From Candidatus Thorarchaeota archaeon (GTDB taxonomy: Archaea > Asgardarchaeota > Thorarchaeia > Thorarchaeales > Thorarchaeaceae), in NCBI GenBank assembly GCA_038893995.1, contig JAWAQK010000069.1, forward strand, positions 1 through 10,174: DNA of 10,174 nucleotides, written 5' to 3'. A model generated the notes under the pieces. That model saw only the letters and a list, made by a program, of their open reading frames with translations, had not been told where the DNA came from and searched no databases. Position numbers and translations under genes: made by a program. This document shows positions 1 to 7,323 of this stretch, piece by piece. Position 1 is the stretch's first letter. Each line of letters starts with the position of its first letter.

Positions 1-408
1 CCGATAGCTTGGAAAACAGTAGTTCCCATCGAGGACTATGAGTCCCGGGTCGAGTGGTTCAACGCCCTTCTCACGCGCATAGGCTCCGCTTGAGGACGAG
101 ATGATCTCGAGGATCTGAGCAGACGACATCGGTTGGAAAGCCCTTGGTCGGACAAGATGCAGCTGATCATTCACTGGCAGATAGTAGGCTGTCCCAGTCT
201 TGGGGAGAGAGAATGCAGTCTCAAATGTGCCACCCTGTGATGAGAGATGACTCGCAGCCTGAAAGAGGTCCTGATTGGTGTGGTTGATGTCGATCGCCAG
301 TACTCGTTTCCGCTGGCCGAGTGCCCACAGTATGAGGTTGATGGCAAGAGGAGTCTTCCCACTGCCACCCTTGTTGCTCGTCACTATGAATGTGAAAGGC
401 CCGTCCAA
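1..408 (-). CDS. ParA/MinD-family (SIMIBI) P-loop ATPase, N-terminal 136 aa, truncated by window edge
   Basis: Not in the ORF track. My translation from TTG at 408 is open to position 1: MDGPFTFIVTSNKGGSGKTPLAINLILWALGQRKRVLAIDINHTNQDL...GLIVLDGNYCFPSYR. Deviant Walker A KGGSGKT, RVLAID strand, Walker B-like LIVLD. SD GGAGGTG at 418-424, 9 nt upstream. Confidence 0.85.
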   Translation of the reverse strand, partial: MDGPFTFIVTSNKGGSGKTPLAINLILWALGQRKRVLAIDINHTNQDLFQAASHLSSQGGTFETAFSLPKTGTAYYLPVNDQLHLVRPRAFQPMSSAQILEIISSSSGAYAREKGVEPLDPGLIVLDGNYCFPSYR

Positions 409-417
409 TCTCTCTTA

Positions 418-424
418 CACCTCC
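418..424 (-). promoter_or_regulatory. Shine-Dalgarno site (GGAGGTG) for the ATPase gene
   Basis: cacctcc on + strand, 9 nt from the TTG start at 408. Confidence 0.7.
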
Positions 425-430
425 AACATG

Positions 431-1363
431 TCACCCCAGCCACCCCAGGAAGTAGTTGAGTACATTGCCCCAACCAAGGTAGAGAACAACATCTGCAACC
501 ATCTGGATGATCACGACTCCGACAAAGGTGATGAACAGTCTCTTCATGATGCCCCTAGGAGAGGAGATGCGCTCAAGATCGCTCCTGGAACGCTCAAGCA
601 GTCGAAAGTCTGACTTCAGGTCACGAGTGGCGTCCTCGAGCTTGGCGGTTATGTAGCCAAGGTCATCCTTGAACCTCGCCTCCTCCAGTACGAGGATACT
701 GTCTCTCCAGCGATTCATGTACTCTCTCAGCGCTGACGAGACCCTGAGCCTGTTGGACTCAACCATGGTTTCGTAACGTGAGATCTCGTAGACGACGACC
801 TTGACCACGCTGGCAAGCACAATGAGAGTGCCCAGGCTCAGTGCGCTGCTGAAGAAGAATGTCATGTTCAGGATCGGATTGTTGGGAAAGTAGTTCTGCA
901 TGATTGAGAAGCCTGCCAGCCCAGTGGTCTTGTAGAGCGCAATGAACACTAGTAGTCGGAGAGTCAGGTACAGACGTGACAGGCTGAGCCGCCACCATCT
1001 GACCGTTGGTTCGCCTCCAGCTGAGAACGGTCGATGAATGAACACAGAGAAGACTATGCCTGCCGTATTCACAATGAAGAGGAATGACATGAGCAACAGA
1101 CTCAGACCGATTGTGACAGCCACCCAGCCGTCGCTGGTCAGTATCGCTGTTGTCACAGCCTCGAGCGCCTCCTGTAGTGCCACGAAGTCCCATCTCACGA
1201 TGGCGGACCGGATGGACTCGGCCACGTCCTCATGGAGGAGCAGGTAGCCGAGATAGAAGACACCAAGAAGAATGATCGTGACTATCGATGCCACGTTGAC
1301 TGACATGAACAGTCGCTCAACCCGGCCCTCTCGTGGCGTACCGTAGGCATACGTCATCCTCAT
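431..1363 (-). CDS. Hypothetical integral membrane protein (about 5 TM segments, soluble helical/coiled-coil region before the last TM)
   Basis: 310-aa ORF; hydrophobic stretches VASIVTIILLGVFYLGYLLL, WVAVTIGLSLLLMSFLFIV, LYLTLRLLVFIALY, MTFFFSSALSLGTLIVLASVVKVVVY, LFITFVGVVIIQMVADVVLYLGW; charged segment EISRYE...LERISS. Start may be ATG 1363 or 1357. Confidence 0.75.
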   Translation of the reverse strand: MRMTYAYGTPREGRVERLFMSVNVASIVTIILLGVFYLGYLLLHEDVAESIRSAIVRWDFVALQEALEAVTTAILTSDGWVAVTIGLSLLLMSFLFIVNTAGIVFSVFIHRPFSAGGEPTVRWWRLSLSRLYLTLRLLVFIALYKTTGLAGFSIMQNYFPNNPILNMTFFFSSALSLGTLIVLASVVKVVVYEISRYETMVESNRLRVSSALREYMNRWRDSILVLEEARFKDDLGYITAKLEDATRDLKSDFRLLERSRSDLERISSPRGIMKRLFITFVGVVIIQMVADVVLYLGWGNVLNYFLGWLG

Positions 1364-1656
1364 CCCTCGTGGGGAGCGGCATGGAGAACAGCAGGAGCAA
1401 TGGTCTGTCAGAAGTATTTAGACATTTGTCGTATAGTCGTCTCCTCCGCTCCCCTGGAACCTGACCATGGGGCAGCTCCGACGGAGGTGGCTGCTCCACA
1501 ATCCTCTGGACCAGGGTTCCGCTCGAGACCATGGAGTCCCAGGGTAGATGTCCCATCACTGATAAGGTCTTCTCGATTATCCAGCATCCGCCACGAGAGA
1601 CGAATACATCTCCGAAACTGATACATGGCAGGACGAGACGGAGAGTGTTGAACGAG

Positions 1657-2616
1657 ATGAGCATGACAGCAATAGTCACAGGGTGTGCGGGTTTTATCGG
1701 AAGTAATCTTGTGGACGCTCTGCTGAAGAGGGGCCACAGGGTGATCGGTGTCGATAATCTGAGGACGGGTTCACTTGACAACCTCGCACAGGCACAACGC
1801 AGCGGCCGGTTCACCCTCGTCCAGGAGGACATCTGTAGCAGCAAGTTGACTTGTCTGTTGACTCACGATGCTGATGTGTTGTTTCACCTCGCAGCAATCT
1901 CGTCAGTACCAGAGAGCATAGAACGACCAATCGATGTCAACGAGGTGAATCTCGGTGGTACCCTCAATGTTCTCGAACTGGCCAGAAAGATGGATGTGAA
2001 GCGATTCGTCTTCAGCTCGAGCGCAGCGGTATACGGGAATGTCGACCACCTGCCTGTTCTTGAAGAGGATGCACTGAGACCCCTGAGTCCCTATGCTGCA
2101 TCAAAGGTCGCAGCTGAGACCTACGTCCGTGTCTTCCAGGAGACGTACGGGGTTGATACTACTATACTAAGGTACTTCAATGTCTATGGTCCCCGACAGA
2201 ACACGACCGGATATGGCGGTGTCGTGGCCGTATTCATCAGCCAGGCGCTGGCAAATGAGCCTGTCACCGTGCATGGTGAGGGAAAGCAGAGAAGGAGCCT
2301 CATCTACGTCGACGATGTTGTACGCGCTACCATTCTGGCTGGCGAAGTGCCTGGCGCAAGTGGCCAGACCATCAATGTATCGGCTCCGGAGTCTGTCAGC
2401 ATAGTCGAATTGGCCGAGATGGTCTTAAGAAACGTCAATGGCACGAGATCACAGATAGTACATTTCCCCAGACGGATTGCAGACATAGATGACAGTTACG
2501 GCTCCATCGAACGCGCCCGAACAGTCCTCGGTTTCTTGCCATCAGTCCCACTGGAGGAGGGGCTGAGAGAGACAATCAGGTGGTACTCCTCAAGGGGAGA
2601 GTTCCCGATGCACTAG
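1657..2616 (+). CDS. NAD-dependent nucleotide-sugar epimerase/dehydratase (extended SDR; GalE/WbpP-like)
   Basis: TGCAGFIG Rossmann motif, FHLAA, FSSSAAVYG, PLSPYAASK (YxxxK), LRYFNVYGPRQ. Start moved from 1531 to about 1657 because the Rossmann strand is normally N-terminal. Confidence 0.92.
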   Translation: MSMTAIVTGCAGFIGSNLVDALLKRGHRVIGVDNLRTGSLDNLAQAQRSGRFTLVQEDICSSKLTCLLTHDADVLFHLAAISSVPESIERPIDVNEVNLGGTLNVLELARKMDVKRFVFSSSAAVYGNVDHLPVLEEDALRPLSPYAASKVAAETYVRVFQETYGVDTTILRYFNVYGPRQNTTGYGGVVAVFISQALANEPVTVHGEGKQRRSLIYVDDVVRATILAGEVPGASGQTINVSAPESVSIVELAEMVLRNVNGTRSQIVHFPRRIADIDDSYGSIERARTVLGFLPSVPLEEGLRETIRWYSSRGEFPMH

Positions 2617-2699
2617 GTATTGAGTCAAGGAGTGAGTCTCCTGGGGCCACTTGGGTCCTCATCAATAGCAATATCTGCTACTACGATTTACTGAGACAT

Positions 2700-3530
2700 A
2701 TGGCACGACCGTTGTGGTTCGTGGAGCTTCTCAAGAAGACGTTTCCTCGGACGCGTCTCATTGCCAGAATGACGAGAGTCCCCTTGATCGGGGCCGTCAT
2801 TCACCGGATGTTGTTCCAGGGCGACGACATTATCTATTTGCCGAAGGATGATGTATTCAGGAGATCGATACCGGTCGGCGAGAGTCTTGATGTTCCAGTT
2901 GAGATGGCGCTTCCATCGCAGGTGGTCCATCACTTCATTGACAGCACGTCCTATCACTGGATAATGAACTTCTGCATATGCCGCGAGTCTTCCCACTGCA
3001 AGGACTATCCCCGAGACTATGGGTGCCTGTTCCTCGGAGAGGCAGTGCTCGGGATCAACCCGAGCCTCGGGAGAAGAGTGACAAGAGAGGAGGCTCACGA
3101 ATACATAAGAAAGTGTGACGAGGCCGGTCTGGTGCACCTCATCGGACGAAACAAGTTGGACGCAGTCTGGCTGAATGTGTCTCCGGGTGAGAAGCTACTC
3201 ACGATCTGCAACTGTTGCCCATGTTGTTGTCTCTGGCGAGTCCTACCCGTGATTGATAGGGGGATAGGGAGGCGGGTCACAAGAATGCCCGGAGTCTCAG
3301 TGTTGGTCAATGGGAGATGTGAGGGATGCGGCACCTGTGTGAGGAGCAATGTGTGCTTTGTCAATGCCATCACACTGATGAATGGTCGGGCCCAGATCAG
3401 TGATGAGTGTCGTGGATGTGGACGATGTGTGGAGGTGTGTCCGAAGGGGGCTATCGAGCTGAGAATAGACAACAAGGCATACCTGAACGACTCTATCAAG
3501 AGGATCGCCTCTGTCTTCAAGGCTGACTGA
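2700..3530 (+). CDS. Cys-rich 4Fe-4S binding protein with C-terminal 2x[4Fe-4S] ferredoxin domain
   Basis: CEGCGTC...C and CRGCGRCVEVCP motifs; upstream CICR..C..GCLFLG, GLVH and ICNCCPCCC motifs. ATG 2700 preferred over 2580, which overlaps the epimerase and spans an AT-rich spacer. Confidence 0.85.
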   Translation: MARPLWFVELLKKTFPRTRLIARMTRVPLIGAVIHRMLFQGDDIIYLPKDDVFRRSIPVGESLDVPVEMALPSQVVHHFIDSTSYHWIMNFCICRESSHCKDYPRDYGCLFLGEAVLGINPSLGRRVTREEAHEYIRKCDEAGLVHLIGRNKLDAVWLNVSPGEKLLTICNCCPCCCLWRVLPVIDRGIGRRVTRMPGVSVLVNGRCEGCGTCVRSNVCFVNAITLMNGRAQISDECRGCGRCVEVCPKGAIELRIDNKAYLNDSIKRIASVFKAD

Positions 3531-3602
3531 CCTCTCCTCCCAGCAAGTCGGTAGAGCCTCTCATTGAGCCAGGTGCTACCCAGTTGTAGGTGGTGATACA
3601 CA

Positions 3603-3620
3603 GGAGAAACAGTTTTATTG
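3603..3620 (+). promoter_or_regulatory. Putative archaeal BRE/TATA promoter for a leaderless transcript
   Basis: Purine-rich GGAGAAACAG followed by TTTTATTG (3613-3620), 23-30 nt before ATG 3643; no SD. Confidence 0.55.
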
Positions 3621-3642
3621 CTTTTTTACCAGAGTATTACCC

Positions 3643-4146
3643 ATGAAGGCCGTCATTCCTCGTCCAGTCGGTATGCTAGTACTGCTGACGATACTGACAA
3701 CCACATCTATCTTCGGAATTGCACCCGCTGTAGCCCTCGAGTCAAACGAAGCGACCGGAATGCTCTCAGTTCTTTATGCCAACTATCTCGACCTAGACGG
3801 TGACGGTCTTGATGACGATGTACTCACAACAAGCATGTTGGAGATCAACCAAGAGATTTCCGCAATGTTCACCGTGGAGCTCACTATGCTGACCACTCCA
3901 TCCGGAAGAAGTTTCGTCTACATAGTGACGATTTCCGGAGACTATTCGCGGCTCTGGGTGACAATCTCGTGGTACAATGCAGCCCTTGAGGCAGGAATCT
4001 ATCGGGTGTCGGTAGTCGCGATAGTAGCTTATCAGGGTGGGCTCGGTATATTCAGTTGTGAGTATGAGTTTGATCCACCAGGCGGAGGCGACCCAGGTCC
4101 ACCTCTGACGCCCGACGCATACTCGAACGTCACAATCGAACCCTGA
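3643..4146 (+). CDS. Hypothetical secreted protein with DxDxDG calcium-binding-like loop
   Basis: Signal-peptide-like N-terminus (MKAVIPRPVGMLVLLTILTTTSIFGIAPAVA), DLDGDGLDDD loop, beta-strand-rich core, Pro/Gly tail FDPPGGGDPGPP. Confidence 0.7.
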   Translation: MKAVIPRPVGMLVLLTILTTTSIFGIAPAVALESNEATGMLSVLYANYLDLDGDGLDDDVLTTSMLEINQEISAMFTVELTMLTTPSGRSFVYIVTISGDYSRLWVTISWYNAALEAGIYRVSVVAIVAYQGGLGIFSCEYEFDPPGGGDPGPPLTPDAYSNVTIEP

Positions 4147-4242
4147 ATCTGATAGTCACTTCGTTCCATAATCCAGGCGGGGGCCGTTCCAGGAGAGGAA
4201 TGTGAAACGGTAGACCCAGTCACAGATAGGTATCTGCCGCTG

Positions 4243-5367
4243 TTGGCAGCAGTGCAGGTTGGGCCATTCGATACGGTTGAAGAACTGGCCTCGAGAGCAG
4301 GGATATCGAAACCCACTGCCCTCAGACGTCTGAACGCGCTCATGGGTAGCGCGGACCCCGTTGAGCAGCGCTTCTTACCCCCTGGAAGACGGTACTTTCT
4401 CGTGAAGCCGATTCTCAGGTACCGCAGGCTTGGCCTCCAAGAGATCGATGTACTGGTGGAGATAGACCGGACGAGCAACCTTCCATACCTGGAGGCGGTG
4501 GCGGAGAGACATCCCTACACCGGTTACCGATCTAGATGTTTTGGATCAGTAACTGGACTGCTGATTCAGTTCAGGACGCCATTCGGCACATCCGACACGA
4601 TAAGAGAGCTGCTGGATACGCTGAGAGAACGTGGGTACGTCCGCCAATTCCATGTGCTGCCAACATCGGACAGTGTCCCCGTCTACACATGCATGAGCAC
4701 AGAAGGCTGGGATCGAGAGTCCAGATCCTGGGTCTTCAACTGGCAGGAATGGTTCAGCACCCAGGACGACAACGAGGAGCCCGTACCGACGATCATGGAG
4801 CACAGTGTTGACACTGGGTCTCTGACCAGGGAGGACCTTCACATCATTTCTGAACTGATGCACGACGCTCGACGAAAAAACGTCGAGATAATGGAGGCTC
4901 TGACGCACAAGGGAATAGATCTGACACCTCAGACGTTCGGTCGTCATCTTCGTATGATACAGGAGAACTACATCGCAGGTTACAGAGTCACCTTCGACCC
5001 CGTGCTGTTTGAGGCGCTGAGCAGCGTGATGGTGTATGGTAGGGGCGATGAGGTTGCGCTCGAGAGGCTGTCGGTCAACACGAGACTGCACCCACCTCCT
5101 TTCGAGTCAACCCAGAGGATACGTGACGACAACCTGTTCTGGTTCATCAGATTGCCTCAGGGACACATATCGCCCTTCCTCAATGGACTATTGACGATAC
5201 TTGATGAGATGAGGGTCTGCCTGCTGGACTACACCCACTCCCGGCTGTACTACATATATCCCGAGGCCTTCGACAGCGCCAAGAGGAGTTGGATCACAGA
5301 CCGTGAGTTCATGGTGGATACTGTACTCTCAAACGGTAGGCATCTCCCTATCCCTTGGTCACCCTGA
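4243..5367 (+). CDS. Tandem (two-module) Lrp/AsnC-like winged-helix transcriptional regulator
   Basis: HTH1 TVEELASRAGISKPTALRRLNAL followed by YRRLGL and an alpha/beta domain; HTH2 EDLHIISELMHDARRKNVEI...PQTFGRHLRMIQENYIAGYRVTFDP. Start uncertain (frame open from 4156). Confidence 0.72.
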   Translation: MAAVQVGPFDTVEELASRAGISKPTALRRLNALMGSADPVEQRFLPPGRRYFLVKPILRYRRLGLQEIDVLVEIDRTSNLPYLEAVAERHPYTGYRSRCFGSVTGLLIQFRTPFGTSDTIRELLDTLRERGYVRQFHVLPTSDSVPVYTCMSTEGWDRESRSWVFNWQEWFSTQDDNEEPVPTIMEHSVDTGSLTREDLHIISELMHDARRKNVEIMEALTHKGIDLTPQTFGRHLRMIQENYIAGYRVTFDPVLFEALSSVMVYGRGDEVALERLSVNTRLHPPPFESTQRIRDDNLFWFIRLPQGHISPFLNGLLTILDEMRVCLLDYTHSRLYYIYPEAFDSAKRSWITDREFMVDTVLSNGRHLPIPWSP

Positions 5368-6391
5368 ACACCGATATGGGCGTAGCAAACTCGACTCGGA
5401 CTGCTCCATTCTCGCGGGCCCACTCCTCTAGTTCCTGCTTGGTCAGAAATCCATAAGCACCCTCGACGACCTTCATATGGATCTCTGCATACCGATTTAC
5501 ACCGGGTCGGAAGTTCTCATGTCCAAAGAGGCAGCCACCCGGACGAAGCACACGCATCATCTCCCTGACTGCCTCGCGAGGCCGTGTCCAGTGTAGCACC
5601 TGTGAGGCGAAGACCACATCAAAGTAACCGTCCTCGAAAGGAATCTTCTCCGCATAGCCCTTCCGGAACACAGGCGGGTACTTGGCAGCCTCCTTACCCA
5701 TCTCGGGGTCGTTGCCGTTGTACTCGATGACCATACGCGGAAACTCTTCGCGGGCTATGGTCAGAAGCTTCTCATCCGGGTCAATCCCGACTATCTGCAT
5801 CCGAGGATCTTGAAAGTGACCGCGTTTATAGTAATAGGTCCAGATTGCAGATGTGCCACGACCATTACCACAACCGACGTCTAGGAACCGCACGGGTTTC
5901 TTGAGCACCCCGGCCAGTGCGAACGACGCTCGGCGGCCCTGCTCATATGCCCTTGAAGTGAGTGCATCGTCCCAGTTGAAGAGGTTCAGTCCGCTGTTGA
6001 AGTTCATGTATTTGCCCCTGAGACGATCAGGTATGGCGCGCGCGTGGTCAACCCACAGCTCGACCATCGCCTCGGAGAACACACGTGGCTGGCACCAATC
6101 GAATGAGATATCCCTCAGTGGGAAATGATATCTGTCATTCTCCATCTGAAGGACACCGTCCTCAACTAGGACATCCAGGATGAGACCGAGATACTCCATG
6201 TCAGTATAGCTGAACGCCGAGGCTATCTCAGTAAAAGTCCTCGGCTCTTTGAGGTAGTCAAACCACCCCTCCTCCCGAAGGACTCCAAGCACATTCCCCC
6301 GGAAGAAGGTGTCCACCTGCTCTTTGATCACCTTGAAGCGTGGTCCAAGCTTCATCAGTTCTCTCCAGGCCTTCGCCTTACGAATGGACAT
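5348..6391 (-). CDS. Class I SAM-dependent methyltransferase with N-terminal winged-helix domain
   Basis: FLDVGCGNG (motif I), IVGID, AEKIPFEDGYFDVVFASQVLHW, RVLRPGG; N-terminal PRTFTEIASAF...ILDVLVEDGVL...RY wHTH pattern. SD GGAGGAG at 6397-6403. Confidence 0.9.
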   Translation of the reverse strand: MSIRKAKAWRELMKLGPRFKVIKEQVDTFFRGNVLGVLREEGWFDYLKEPRTFTEIASAFSYTDMEYLGLILDVLVEDGVLQMENDRYHFPLRDISFDWCQPRVFSEAMVELWVDHARAIPDRLRGKYMNFNSGLNLFNWDDALTSRAYEQGRRASFALAGVLKKPVRFLDVGCGNGRGTSAIWTYYYKRGHFQDPRMQIVGIDPDEKLLTIAREEFPRMVIEYNGNDPEMGKEAAKYPPVFRKGYAEKIPFEDGYFDVVFASQVLHWTRPREAVREMMRVLRPGGCLFGHENFRPGVNRYAEIHMKVVEGAYGFLTKQELEEWARENGAVRVEFATPISVFRVTKG

Positions 6392-6393
6392 GG

Positions 6394-7323
6394 TTACTCC
6401 TCCTGCCCAATGAGGCCCCTTCTGTTAACATAGTCTATCATCTCTACGATTGCTGGAAGTTTCTCGATGTAGCCCTGTTCAAGAAGATCAATGACAGTTG
6501 CACTGCCACGCAGCAATGGTGTCAGGAAACCCTCTGCATCAGGGAATCTCGACTGCAGCCTCCTGACGATGCTTGGGATGCGGGAGACATAGGGGAAGTT
6601 GACGGTAGCAAAGAAGAGATTGTCCTCGAGCAGACGCGTCAGGAGCGCCGTATCCAATCGCGGATTACTGCCTATTGCCCTCATGGCAAGGAGAAGCAGA
6701 CGCTTGTCTGGATAGGGCCCATTATCGTCCAGGGCGATCATCCGCCTGGCGAGCCAATCGAGCGTAGCATAGGCAGTGGGAGTCTTCAGTTTCATGCATA
6801 CAATTCGGTGATCCGAACGCCATACGTGTACATCCTGACCGGCCACTGATACAGTAAGAGTTGTGGGAACTGTTTCATAGATCCTGTGCGCCTCCTCGAT
6901 GCGCTCCATGACGAGCCGGGCCATCTCAACCGATCGCACAGCGGTAGTATTGACCATCTCCATCACCCAGCACTCATCTAGATCCATGAGCAGAGATGCC
7001 TCCAGGTGCGAGTGCTGAGTCAGCGCCTTTGGGCCTCGCTTCAGGAGCCACCACGCCCGACTGGCCGGCTCGACCTGCTGACCTACGTTCAGCGAGAACA
7101 CGTCCTTGTGCCCTCTATATAGCCCTGAACGGTCCACGATCACAGTGTTGACATGCTTCTCGTTTCCGACCATGTGAGAGACACGGTATGTAGTCAGACG
7201 CATCCCGAAGAAATCCTCCTCGGAACTCTTGCTCTCGTAGGTTCCCTCATCGGTCGGATCAAACCTCACAGTATCCTTGCATATGGCACAGTGAAACTCA
7301 GTAATACCCTTTAGCTGACTCAT
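6394..7323 (-). CDS. Hypothetical protein; putative CxxC-H-H Zn finger + longin/roadblock-like domain + C-terminal wHTH-like region
   Basis: 309-aa ORF, ATGA overlap with upstream GTPase stop (7320-7323). C12/C15/H50/H57; aa 107-198 beta-beta-alpha-beta-beta-beta-alpha pattern; aa 262-305 RGSATVIDLL...IDYVNRRGLI. CDS is secure; domains are inferred. Confidence 0.65.
   Translation of the reverse strand: MSQLKGITEFHCAICKDTVRFDPTDEGTYESKSSEEDFFGMRLTTYRVSHMVGNEKHVNTVIVDRSGLYRGHKDVFSLNVGQQVEPASRAWWLLKRGPKALTQHSHLEASLLMDLDECWVMEMVNTTAVRSVEMARLVMERIEEAHRIYETVPTTLTVSVAGQDVHVWRSDHRIVCMKLKTPTAYATLDWLARRMIALDDNGPYPDKRLLLLAMRAIGSNPRLDTALLTRLLEDNLFFATVNFPYVSRIPSIVRRLQSRFPDAEGFLTPLLRGSATVIDLLEQGYIEKLPAIVEMIDYVNRRGLIGQEE

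Noticed and set aside
171-613. ORFs 171..368(-), 247..459(+), 275..613(+)
   Set aside because: Shadow frames over the ATPase and membrane-protein genes; no motifs.
1317-1844. ORFs 1317..1844(-), 1400..1621(+), 1408..1737(-) and the 1531 start for the epimerase
   Set aside because: Overlap real genes or intergenic DNA, unnatural composition; the extension precedes the Rossmann motif.
2580-2699. N-terminal extension of the Fe-S ORF
   Set aside because: Overlaps the epimerase end and covers an AT-rich promoter-like stretch; ATG 2700 is more plausible.
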